NCBI GenBank assembly: GCA_943704425.1
Contig: CALSCP010000281.1
Span: 59,713-95,147 of the forward strand
DNA length: 35,435 bases
Reading direction: 5' to 3'
From: Ministeria vibrans ATCC 50519
Taxonomy: Eukaryota; Protista; Filasterea
Positions within the stretch are counted from its first letter, which is position 1; each line of letters begins with the position of its first letter. Shown here one piece after another: positions 17,301 to 29,093 of the stretch. The notes beneath the pieces were generated by a model. It had not been told where the DNA came from, ran no database searches, and was given only the letters and a program-made list of their open reading frames with translations. The translations under genes and the position numbers were made by a program.

Positions 17301-18179
17301 GACCGATCTCGAGCGCAAGATGCTTTACTACCAAGGCAAGGACGACATTGTCATGGGACGCTTCCCCGTCAACGAGGGTCTCTCCGTCGAGCTCACGTCG
17401 CTCCAGGCGCAAATCGAGCACGGCGACTACGTGTCCGCCATCAGCGGCAAGGGCAAGCAGATTGTGGGCGATGTTCTTCGCAAGGCTCTCCCCGTCGACA
17501 TGGTCTCGGGCGATCGCTTTGGGAAGGTACGGTTATGCAAACGGCAATTGGGGGTTTTTTCTTCTGATTGTTTTTTCAATTTATTTCATAGATTTTGGCC
17601 AAGCTGGAGGAGAAGATTGTGAAGCGATGGACATCGCTGCATGGCAGTCAGCGCTCCAAATGTATCCAGCAGTATCTCAACAACATTTCGAGCTGGCCCT
17701 ACTACGGCGCAACTCTCTTCAAAGCACAGGTGAGAAAGTTGGTTTGCAATACTAATTTATGGGTGCGGTGCTCAATGAGAATGTGTGTCTGTCTTTGTGT
17801 AGCGATGGACGGGAGAGGGTAAGAAGCGCGATTTGAGTTCGCCGTTTTGGATGGCGGTGCACGAGAAGGGTATCCACGAGCTCAGCATGTCGACTATGAC
17901 GAGCACAGAAGAGCACCCGTACAGCCGCGTCCTCAGCTTTGGTGTCACTCCCACTGGTATATCAGGAGAGGGATAATTTAGGAGCACTTTTCGACTGATT
18001 GATTTTGATCTCTTTTAGGATTTATGATGGTGGTGCGTGTCAAGGACGAGAAGACAAAGCTGACGGTGACGGAGAAGCGATTCCTGCAGCTGGACAGCGA
18101 TCAGGAGTGCACGTCGCTTGTGGCGTCGTACATCAACGACCTTATGCTGAACGAGCACGTTGAAAAGATGCACAGCTGA
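14350..18179 (+). CDS. PLEKHH/MAX-1-like protein: coiled coil, PH-PH-MyTH4-FERM; 5' end uncertain (possible upstream exon at about 14198-14266, next to the gap)
   Basis: N-terminal coil RATQAERKLKVLEEKISKL. PH1 GYLTMQG...SWKRLFFVL...EWVKVL. PH2 GWMTKVKRGR..RYFVLVGRVLYY. MyTH4 PINESLTTLP...LHNETYCQLIKQT...GWQLL...PSKMEI. FERM VVIYLMNG...FKRRLFF...GRFPV...LQAQIEHGD...WPYYGATLF. Last exon ends ...SLVASYINDLMLNEHVEKMHS-TGA at 18179. Confidence 0.88.
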
Positions 18180-18209
18180 AGAAGATATTAGTGTGAGTGT
18201 GTGCGAGTG

Positions 18210-18311
<102 letters not shown>

Positions 18312-18388
18312 AGCTCGAGATGGAGAGTATGGTACGATCTTATTGTTTGGAGTGCATTGAATACACATGAAAAACGGGAGTATTTTCT

Positions 18389-19735
18389 CTAATGAGAGTG
18401 AGAGCATTGCGAGGAAGCACAAGCGGGATGACGAACGGCAGTCATTTGCAGGGCCGCATTGTGCCTGTCATGGGCAGCATTCTCCATCGCAGAAGTAGAA
18501 GGATCAAAGTCAGTGTGGTTATTCGTGGTGTTGTGAGTAGTGGTGGTCGTTGTCGTGTCAGTGTACACTGCGTCGTCTTCGTCGGTGTAGCCCATACCGT
18601 TGTCGCGGGGTAGGGGCAACTCAGGTCGATGCCGCCCTATGAGGTACGACAGCGCGTTGAACCATATCACTCGTACATCTGCAAGAAAAGAGTAACGTGA
18701 GCGAGATGGTGAACTAGTGTGCTAAATGGATACCTCTTGGGAGAGTAGAGAGATCAATGTTATAGCGGGAACTATTGATGATCTCATTTGTAGTGATTCC
18801 GGCGCCAATCTGATAGAGCTGGTTGAGGCACAGATAGACTTCGGGAACAAAAGTAAAAAAATGGACCACAGCGAGCCAGACGGAGAGCGCGTCGCGGTAG
18901 TACAGGAGCACAAGAGAGCCTGCGTATTGTTCTGTTTGGAGGGAAGGGAGTCGTGTATAAGCATAGTAATAAGTGTGTATGTGTCTGGCATGGTATGTGA
19001 GTGTAGCGATTGGGTGTGAAACGGCAAGTGTGCGAATGTGATCTAATCATCACGCAAATGATGTGATCTGCTATGCGCTATACAAGTAGTGAATAATGGT
19101 TATTCTTACCGTGAAGGTATACGATAATTAGAAAAAAGTAGAAGGTCTGCACAAGGAGGAGACACAGAAGGAACTTGAGAAAAAGTCGGTGATTCCGACG
19201 ACCCACTAAAAAAAAAGTGAGAAAAAAAACTATGTAGTTGAGCAATGAGGTACCGTCTAAATCAAGCCAAGTGCAATGGTGGTCAAATAATTCAACACAG
19301 TGATCGCATACGGGACAGTGCTTGGCTCTTTCTCGTTTGATTATCTAAACACCGAGAGACAGAAAAGAAAGTACAGATGTTAGAGTTTTTGGTATGTTCG
19401 CTTTGTCCTTTCTCTTGATTACTTCACAAGTAGTACAAAAGAGTCGCGAAGGAAGATTGCGACTGGCAAGATCCTCAATAGTCTAAATATATTACAAACA
19501 ACAGAAACCATTAATTGTGTTCGGTACATAGAAAGCAGACGTACAAGAGATTTGCCTTGCTCATCCGTCGCACTTTCAGTTTGCACGCCAGGTGAGATAA
19601 AGAAGACCAACTGCAGATACCAATTGAGTCCCACCAAAGCACTCACGGTCACAATCACACAACTCAGCGGATATTCATTGGATATCACTACAAACAAGAC
19701 GTGATCATTTGAGTGTGTTCTGTGTTAATACCAAA

Positions 19736-19793
<58 letters not shown>

Positions 19794-21844
19794 TTTTTAT
19801 TATTATTATAATTATGCTGTTGTTGTTGAATAAATTTGTTATAATTATATTATATTCGCTATTAAGGTCACATATTGGGTATATTTGAGTGTGTTACGTG
19901 CTCGAAAGTCGCTGTAACATATGACATCATATTTTGTGTTTACCTGGCATAATAGAGTAGAAAAACACAAAGGTGGAGAGGAGCGAAGATGCAAGAAAAA
20001 TGGTCGATTGGCCAATGTTGCGCTGATTGACTTGTTGAATCTATCATGGAGAACAAATAAAAGATGAGAGTATTATTCTAATTATATAATTATTTTATAT
20101 TGTGCGTTGTTACTTCGAGATAAGTAGAGGGAAGAACAAAGGCAAACGAACCGGGAGAAGAGAGAAGAAGGAGGGTGAAGATGGCGCAGGGAATGGCAAA
20201 GAGTGGGAAAAGGGGAAACAGAGAGGCATTGAGAAGGAGCAGAGTGAGAGGGAGAAACCTCAAAAGTGGTTTCCACTGCGACGGAATGGTCTAAAAGACA
20301 ATAATTAATGTGGGTAAGGTATGGTTACAGTCATAGTAAATATTAGTCTAATACTGAAGAGGTGATTATTTCGATTGAATTTGCGTTTGCTGATTCAAAG
20401 CGCTGCACAAAGTGTGCAAATTCGAGATAGGACGAGTCGGCCAATTGCGCGTGTTTTTCAAGTGCAATAGCCGATGGGAGTTGCCCGCTTGAGTTTTCTA
20501 CAGGTGAGTGAGTCATTGAGAATGATAGAGGGAGAGTCATTGTGTGACTGTGGTTATTTGTGACCGTCATTTTGTGTTAGAATCATACGCATTAAAGCAA
20601 GTGAGCGGTCTGTGCGAAGGAGAAGACGGGCAATGTCAGTGTGGGCATAAGCAGCACACACGTGCAGGGGTGTTTGTCCATCGTCATCACTCACATTCTT
20701 CATGAATCAAAAACAAGAAATTGAGTTTTTAGATACAGTATTGCATTGGTGTGTGTATGTACCGAGGGTATTCTGTCGTTGCGAAGAAGGTATCTGACCG
20801 CGTCCATGCGCCACATGTTGCATGCGGCATGTAGCGCATTCCGACCCCACCTGTCACCTGAGACGCACAAAACATCAAGCGAAAGAGACGAGACACATGT
20901 CACATATACGTGCACATTCTCTCCGTCTCTCTGTTATTCTCCATCTATCTAAATAAAAAAATCTCTCTCACTCACTCATACTCTCCTGCTTACGTATGTC
21001 GTATGGACAGTTGTGGATGGTGTGGAGGTAGTGCATGACATGTACATTGTTGCTGCTTGCCGCACGGATCATGGGAGTGGCACCCATCTTGTCGGCGCAA
21101 TTGAGATTGGCACCTCGTTCGATAAGCAGACGGATGAGCGGGAGGGAACCGTGTTGACACGCCATCAGAATAGGAAACTGTAAGATTGCATAAGACACAG
21201 CTGTGCAACGAGTCTTCTTATCTTCGATAGCTTACATCTGAGCCGCCCGCCGAGAGGTTCACGTCGGCTGCGTCGTCTAAGAGTATCCTAAGCAATAAAC
21301 ATGATTCAATTCATGTCGTAGTCTCTCTCTCTCTCACTATGTATTTGTTGTTCTGTCGCTCTCTATGATGACAGTCTCTCTCTCTCTCTCTGTCAATGAC
21401 TTCGCTATTGTCTCTCATTCTCTCTCTTCCCTCTCTTTCCGAGTGTGTTGAAGGTATCATCATTGGGCTCACCTGGCAATGTCGTGTCGTCCCATGGTGC
21501 ACGCATGATGAAGGGCGGAGCGTGACGCAAAGCCACAACTGCAAAAATTGAAAAAAGAGAGAGAGAGAGAGAGAGAGAGTGAGTGAGTGAGACATTCCTT
21601 CAACCGGACACAAAATGCGCAAACAGTGATTGGAACAAAACATCGCGTACGCATTCACCGTGGCCGGATCCTTTTCAATGATCTGGCGGATCTGAGACAC
21701 GCGCGCAAGGCGTACGGCGCAGATGAGAGGCGTGTCGCTGTTGTGGGAATTCGTGTCACGATTAAACCATGATTTGGTCGCTGTGGGCACAACCACGGGC
21801 TTGAATCCATCCGGAATGGGCAGCGGTGATGAGGGCCGAGACAT
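18389..21844 (-). CDS. Ankyrin-repeat DHHC palmitoyltransferase (ZDHHC13/17-Akr1-like architecture), multi-exon
   Basis: Ankyrin repeats ([31 protein letters not shown]...[31 protein letters not shown]), then TM segments, spliced CRD LFCTTCE|[30 protein letters not shown]|VGRRNHRLF, and a TTNE motif (GITTNEIIN). Some central exons were not fully resolved. Confidence 0.88.
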
Positions 21845-21973
21845 CACCGATAAATGGGAAACTAATACGAATAATTTTTATGATTTTATTTTGAATTAAT
21901 TATGATTCTTATAATCTTTATTATGATGATTAATTGTTTCAGTTTATCATTGTCAAAAGAAAAGAAGAAGTGT

Positions 21974-22548
21974 TTACTGCCCTTCCATGTTGGCTGCAGC
22001 AGCAACGTTTTTCACATACTTCTCAAATGGCATCGATTGCAGAATCACTCTTCCAGGGCCCGTCAACGCAGTGTTGAACATTCCCTCGCCACCACAGCAC
22101 TACAACGTAAAGAAGAATAAGCGACTGGTAAGTAGTGCCTTGTGTGTGTTCATACCATCATGCAGAGGTCGCCGACAGTGCGCACTTCATACTGACACGT
22201 GTTCTCAAAGGCGACCACGGCATGCGTGTCCACCAGCAGCAGCTCACCGGGCGCCAATGTCTTTTCCAGCACAGTTCCACCTACAGAGTCCCTAAATAAG
22301 CATACACTAACCAATGTAGATGGAGAAAGGACGTACCAGACGCAAGAAAGACCATACCGCTTCCGGCAATGGTGTTAAGGATGAAACCCTGTCCGCCACA
22401 CAATGCTGCCCCCGGCTATAAGATGGAAGCAATCGTTATACATCTATTATAATGCTTACAATATTTCAGCTTACCCTTGCGACTCGGTAGGTAAACTGTA
22501 GGTTGGTGTCAAATGAGGCAAGATACGCACCACTCTTGATGGTTAAAC
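21974..22548 (-). CDS. AIM24 (TRAP-like fold) family protein, 3' part only; largely missed by the ORF track
   Basis: Four phase-consistent exons: GLTIKSGAYLASFDTNLQFTYRVAR | PGAALCGGQGFILNTIAGSGMVFLAS | GGTVLEKTLAPGELLLVDTHAVVAFENTCQYEVRTVGDLCMM | CCGGEGMFNTALTGPGRVILQSMPFEKYVKNVAAAANMEGQ-stop. GGEG...L.GPG.V.LQS is the AIM24 signature. Confidence 0.85.
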
Positions 22549-22665
22549 CTGGATGCAAACAAATACATTCAATATACAAACCACAGAGATATTCATTACA
22601 CAAAAATGTACAATATACAATATACATACCACAAAGATAGACACACCACAAAAATACACAGAACA

Positions 22666-22856
<191 letters not shown>

Positions 22857-22920
22857 GTCTATCTCTCTTTCTCATCTATATATTTGGGTATATCCTCTCT
22901 CTAACTCAATCTGCACAACT

Positions 22921-23344
22921 CTATATGCGCGAATCATCATCGTCGTCCTCGACCAGCGCCGCAAAACCGCTGCGAGCCGTGTTGGTTGCGACAACCATGT
23001 CCGTAAGGTCTTCGTCAAAGTCGCTGGTCATGCCGTCCTGCTTCGACAGCAGATTGTAATACCGGTACTTGAGGGTTCTATAATATAAAAAAGTGAGCTA
23101 CAAGACACAGCGCCAAGTCGTCACATACCTGTTCTTCCAGTAGAGTGCGCCAGCGACACACACGACGAGGAGCAGCGCAACGACAATGGCAACGACACCC
23201 GGCACGGGAAACCCCTTCTTGTGCACAACCGTCTGTGGGTCTGCCAGTACCTCCACGGACAGGTAGTAGTCGGTGGAGGTCGTGTCCTCAGCTGTCACCT
23301 GAACAACAAACAAAGATCAATGAATATAAAATTAATAATAATAA

Positions 23345-23381
<37 letters not shown>

Positions 23382-26300
23382 TTTTGTGTGCATTGCATGC
23401 ATTGCGTACTTTGATAACTACGGTGCTATTGCCGGCGGGTACGTCAATGGGGACAAAGGTAGCGGGCGCAATGGCCTCGCCGGCAACGGAAATGACGGAA
23501 GTGGCATCGGTCGGAGTGACGTAGATGGAGATGGAGCGGGTGCCCGAGGGGAAGGCGCCAACGTGGTAGCGCACGCCGCCCTGATGTACCACGTGCGCAG
23601 AGCCGTCGACGATCACACCGGGCGGCGTGATAATGGTTGAGTCACACGAAATGCGCGACGTGTCGGTGATTCCGTCGCGATTCCAGCACGGCTGCGTCAT
23701 TTGTAGACTCATCTGACGTACCCCATCGAGGCAGTCTCCGACGCGTGGCGATAGCATGGTCGCCGTGCACACGGGACATGCGTACGCGGTGCGCCACTCA
23801 AAGGTGTAGTTGCAGCTGCCTTGTGGTACCTCCACCGACGTGTTGTGGGCGGCGGGTGCCGTGGGTCGCCCCACACCGGCGTCCGGGTCGCAAATCATGT
23901 CGACATAGGTTTCACGGTCCGAGTGCGCGCACGAGTCGCCGTGCGTGTAGTGCACCACAATGCCTGAGCCAGGCGCGGCGGGGGTTGTCGCCAGCGGATA
24001 GTTCGAGCGGTCTTCAAAGCCAATGGTGTCACCAATGTCAATGCTGTAGCCCCAGGCAAAGCTCTGCTGACAGGCAAACGTCCGGATGGGATTGCCATCG
24101 CCATCGGTGCAACTCGTGTTGGTATGCTCGCGCGTGCACACATTCAGATAGTACCGATGGTTCATGAATACACCCGCCGGGTGCATGTTCTCCGTGTCGC
24201 CCAACGGCGTCAAATCGTACAGCAGACCATTGGCAACGTCGGTGTAGGTGCAGTCGGTGACGCAGTCGGTGAGCGCCGCGTTGCTTGTGGTGCCCATACC
24301 GCACGAAAGACACTCACTGGCACCCTGTGCAGGCGCAAAGGTGCCCACACTGCACGGCTGACAAGCACTCGCGCCCTCAAGACTCCACGAGCCCGCGGGA
24401 CACACGTGGCAGTAGGTAGAGTCGGCACTGGCAAAGTAGCCGGCGGCACACGGACGACATGCGGAGGCACTACCGCCAACAAAGTCGGTCACATTGAGCT
24501 GGTAGAGCATTGCTTCGCTCAGCTCGTCCATTTCCGGGCTTGTCTGCGAAAACACAAAGTTGACAGTGTAGTTTCCAGCCGTCTCAAGCGGCACCGTCAT
24601 GGTCTTGATGGACCTCTCGTAGCAAGGCATGTCCCATTTGGTGCGACTAAAAGGCGGAATCTCCACTGTATGGGAAGCGCCGTTCTCGTCGAGACGATAA
24701 ACACGCACACTTAACAGGCACGAGCCTGACTTGCCATCAAAGCGCCCCGAGCGCACCCCAACCGCCCATGACACCTCGGCCTGGTCGGTCGCCGTCAGAA
24801 ACGACAAGGAGAAACGAGAGCTGAAGGTACCAAAGACGCGTCCGGTGCGCACGCTGGTGCCGTCCAATTGCCAGCCAGGACAGTCGCCCGTGCAGCCTGT
24901 GGTGAATCCTTCAGGCAGCGTACCCACCCAGCGCATCATGGACAGAGAGGGAACTGCGGCCGAGCCCATGGGACACTTCTCACAAGAGAGTGGTGCGGTG
25001 GCCGACACAACACCGCCAGGACTCACAGAACCCACAGGACACCCTTCGCACATGCCGCTGACGGCGTTCAGCGTCTCACCCGGCTGACAATAGCATGGCT
25101 CCTCCGAAGCGGCCGGCAGCGTGTATGTGGCTGGATCCACAAGACAAATACGCTCGGGTGCACCGTACCAGGGGAACCAGGTGGGTGTGAACATCTGCAT
25201 GCCAGTGGCAACATTGCACACACCAATCGTCATGCTCGCGTCACCCTCTTCGCATCTGAGATATTAGCCATAATATGCAAAGAATTAAGAAAAAAATTAG
25301 TACAAAAATAATTGGTGTTGTTTGAAAGGGTGGTACGTGGGGCGGGAACGACAGGCAACGTTGCCTGGAAGAGAAAAGTCGGTAGGATCACAGTCGGTGC
25401 AGATGGTCAGGCCGTTCGTGTTGGAATAGGTGTTCCACGGACAAGGGTCACACAACGAAGAGCCCGTGGCGTTGGCATAGGTACCGGGCGAACAAAGGGG
25501 ACAGGGACCTTCGATGGCAGTGTCCGAGCCAATGAGTTCAATGCGACGAATGTTAGCCTTGTCGTTTCCGTATCGGTTGGAGATGTCTTTGGAGTAGACC
25601 CACTGGAGTGTGTGGAAGCCTGGCTCGACATAAAACTCTTTGGTCAACCAATCTTGCACTTGGCTTTCGCGCGGCATCATAATCTAGGTGAAAGAAAAAA
25701 CGAAAAAAAAATTAAAAAAAAACAAAAGAGGGAAATTTCAGGAAGGGAAGAGAAAAAGATGTAATAACTTGTGATCACCTCTCCGTCGATCAAAAACTCC
25801 AGACCATCATACTGGATGGCAGAGTCGTACGACTCTTCGGCGTCCACAATAAAAGTAAAGCGGACGAGGTTGCCGGTGGGACGGATGAAGCGCACGTTAA
25901 GGAGCAGGTTGGACGTGAGCGAGTTGAGGTTTCCGTTCTCGCCGCTGCTCAGACTCGTCGGCATAGTCGTGTTATCGGGCAGCCACGCGTTGCACGACGC
26001 GCCCTGGATGGTCTTGCACTCGGTAATAAACTCGCCGGGCACAGGGGTCCATACGGAGTAGATATCGCCGCCGCCAATGGAGCTGGAGCCGGCAAGGCAG
26101 GGGGCGCACTGCGACGACGCAAACGGCAGACTTTCCCCGCCCGCACACGCAATGTCGCAATCCAGCCCAATCACGGGCGCCGGTGGGGATGCTCCACCTT
26201 GCACAGTGCAGTCGGCGTTCAGGTAGTAGACTGCATTGCGCAGACGCGTCAGCTACCGAATTGTGTGTGTTAGTTTTTCGAATTTTCATCCTCGTTTTGA

Positions 26301-26545
26301 AACAAACGAGAAAATGTGCAACAGTGTGACAACACGAGAGAGACGAATAAAGGATTCTTCAGACACATTGATGTAGCCGATCAAGCGATAGACAAAGGGG
26401 GGCGAGTGGCGTGGGAGGAAGCAATGGGGGTTTCGCAACGACGTACCGGATGACACGGAGTGTAAGTTGGCTGGTAGTCTGCAACTTCGCACAGCCTTGC
26501 CTCGGTCAATGCGAACAACGCAAGAGCGACCGCCAGGGCATGCAT
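22921..26545 (-). CDS. ELAPOR/KIAA1324 (UPF0577)-like type I membrane protein: signal peptide, Cys-rich repeats, MRH domain, extra cadherin-like beta-sandwich, TM, acidic tail
   Basis: Signal peptide MHALAVALALFALTEA, then RLCEVADYQPTYTPC, PVIGLDCDIACAGGE and CxPCxxG repeats. MRH domain YDLTPL...YYLNVC...YTHGDSC...CDPDAG...CNYTFEWRTAYACPVC. TM GVVAIVVALLLVVCVAGALYW, then KNRTLKYRYYNLL (compare ELAPOR WKKNQKLEYKYSKL). TAG at 22921. Confidence 0.85.
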
Positions 26546-26714
26546 GGTTGGAAACGATTAACGAACGAACGAAAAAAAATGATAATGATTAATGATAAAA
26601 ATATTTAATAATTAATAATGATTAAAAATCTTTGTGAATGAAAAAAAAATCTTTAATCTCATACTGCTCACCATATTCATATTATTCCCTAATCTTCCCT
26701 GCCCCTTCTTTGAT
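26546..26714. promoter_or_regulatory. Putative bidirectional promoter ELAPOR-like/TauD-like
   Basis: 169 bp AT-rich spacer between divergent ATGs with clustered TGATAATGATTAATGATA and ATGATTAA. Confidence 0.55.
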
Positions 26715-27004
26715 ATGACAAACCCTCGATTGAGAATTGTAACTCCGGCTGGTTTGGGATTGAGCGAGCAAGAGATTGAGGTTTGATTTGTGTGTTTCCT
26801 TCTTTTTAGTCGTGTCCATCAGCGTCAAATTTCACACGTCAAATCGCTTCTCTTCGCCTCCCTTCGCTTCTCTTTTTCTTTGACCTGTAGGATGCTGACC
26901 CATTCCAGCCGTTGCTCGCAACGCAACTTGGCAAAGTTCGCTCTCTTTTTAGAGAGGTACGTTAAACAAATAACACATCAATTCATCGCGCGAACATTTC
27001 CCTT

Positions 27005-27038
<34 letters not shown>

Positions 27039-28098
27039 ATATATATATATATTATATTCTTTGTCTCTCCCCCTCTCTTGCATGACCAATCCAGTGTGGG
27101 GCTATACTCTTTCGCAACTTCGAAGTGACCGATCTGTTCAAGTTTGTTGCCATCACCGAGGCGCTGTTCAACGAGGAGTCCACAACGGGCGTTCCTCTCG
27201 CCGCCAACATGACCCTCCACCGTGAAAAACTCGCCGGTCGCGTCTACACCACCACGGAATATCCACCCACAATTGAAATGCCTCCTCGTAACGAACTGAG
27301 TCACTTGAAGATGGTAAGATCAGCTGTAATGACTCACCAAACATAACATAACAAGACACCATGATAAGTTTCCTCAAGCCATCATGCTGTGCTGCTTGGA
27401 GGCTCCTGCACCTGGTACGGGCGGCGAGACGACACTTGCTGAGTCCCATGCGGTTCTTGCACGAATCCGACAGAAAACAATCAATGCGGTACGGCAAAAA
27501 GAGCTGCTCTATGCACAACATTACATGGCGGAAACGGACGCGTCGGTTGCGAGTGAGTCGGTTGCGTCACTTTTCAAAGGCTGGCGCGACACTTTTTCGA
27601 CGACATCCAAAGACGCCGCTAAAAGGTCGTGCCTTGCCTGCGGCTGGGGCAGCTGCACCTTTGACAGTGATCGAATGGTTGCTGAGAGTCGCGTCTCGGC
27701 GCTCACGCTGCACCCTCACACCCACGACGAGGTCTGGTTCAACCAAGTGGCCCTCTTTCATCCACGCTCCGTCATCCATCTCCTCAAAGGCGTTCCCGAC
27801 GGCCTCACTCCTCCTCGACTGCCCCTGCAGACGACCGTCTCGCTTGGCGACGGCTCGCTCCTCGACGACGACGCCATCGACGACATTTTCGATGCCTACC
27901 GCAAGGTATCGACACACGCACGTTGCATTGTTTGTCCGTTTACGCGCCCCTATTACTCTATTGAAGGAGGAGATCACAGTTGAATGGCAGACGGGAGATG
28001 TATTGTTGCTCGACAACATTCTCTTTGCGCACGGTCGAAAGCCCTACAGCGGCAGGAGAAACATTGTCGTCTCAATGGGTGCTGTAAAGAACCAATAA
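26715..28098 (+). CDS. TauD/TfdA-family Fe(II)/2-oxoglutarate dioxygenase of the SyrP-like type (~339 aa), first metal ligand substituted
   Basis: Exons 26715-26780, 26891-26956, 27095-27313, 27369-27905, 27967-28098 (1020 nt). Motifs GAILFRNF, VYTTTEYPP..MPPRNELS, GGETTLAE, HPHTHDEVWFNQ, LGDGS and WQTGDVLLLDNILFAHGRKPYSGRRNIVVSM. Confidence 0.85.
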
Positions 28099-28461
28099 AC
28101 ATCACCGATTTGTAAAGCAGTCAGCAAATGAAGATTGATCATTGAAGTGTTTAGTCAAGGATAATAAGAACAATCATAAACGAAATGCACAAACAGCTCC
28201 AAAACCACTTTCTAAGCTACAGGAGCGTTGAAAGGGACTCCGTCTGAGAGAACTCAGAGACAGATTGGCTGAAGGCAGGCTGATGGCTCGCCAACAAAAA
28301 AAACTGAAATCACTGTTGTCACTTTTATCCCAAATCGGATTTGCGATTATTTTTCTATTTTGCTTCTGGTTTTTTTTTCCCCATTATTTTTATTTTTCAT
28401 TAATTGCGTTTCGCTCTCACTCCTCAGCGTTTTCTCTCTCCATCGTTAGCCGTGGTTCATC

Positions 28462-28563
28462 ATGGTCGGGTGGGTGCGCACCAACGAGGATGTCCACTAT
28501 GGTGTTGGTAAGCGCCATTCCGAACCCCCAAGTTCTTTTTTCTCCTCGATGCCCTTTTCCCCA

Positions 28564-28594
<31 letters not shown>

Positions 28595-29060
28595 CCTCCT
28601 CGCCCGCCCCCGCCCCCGTGTGATCGGGTGTGTGCATGCGCCTCAGTCTTGTCTTCTCACCACCCGCCTCTCCCGCCCCCCTAGCCATCTACAACTACGC
28701 ATCGGACGGCACTCACCAGTTGTCGTTGGATGTCGGCGAGACCGTCGAGATTGTCGAGCAGTACGCCGGCCTGTGGTACCGCGGCTTTGCCCTTCGGTAC
28801 GCCCCACTGGCCTCCACAGCCCCACACCCACGCCCCCGTCCGCCCCACCCTCCTCCACGCCCCCTCCAAAGCCCCTCCAGCGCAACCCTTTCTCTATTGA
28901 TACTGTCAAACCCGACCCCATCGACCTCGTCGTCTTCCCTCCCCTCCCGACCCCATTCTCCTTGCCACCCCTCCACTTGACACCCTTACTATCCCCTCCT
29001 CCCCTCTGAATACCATTGTCTGCATCCACAAATGAGCAACTTGAGTTTTTCGTTTTCCTT

Positions 29061-29093
<33 letters not shown>

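Noticed and set aside
21987-22295. Possible small + strand gene with apparent GTAAGT donor
   Set aside because: The region is fully explained by AIM24 exons on the - strand.
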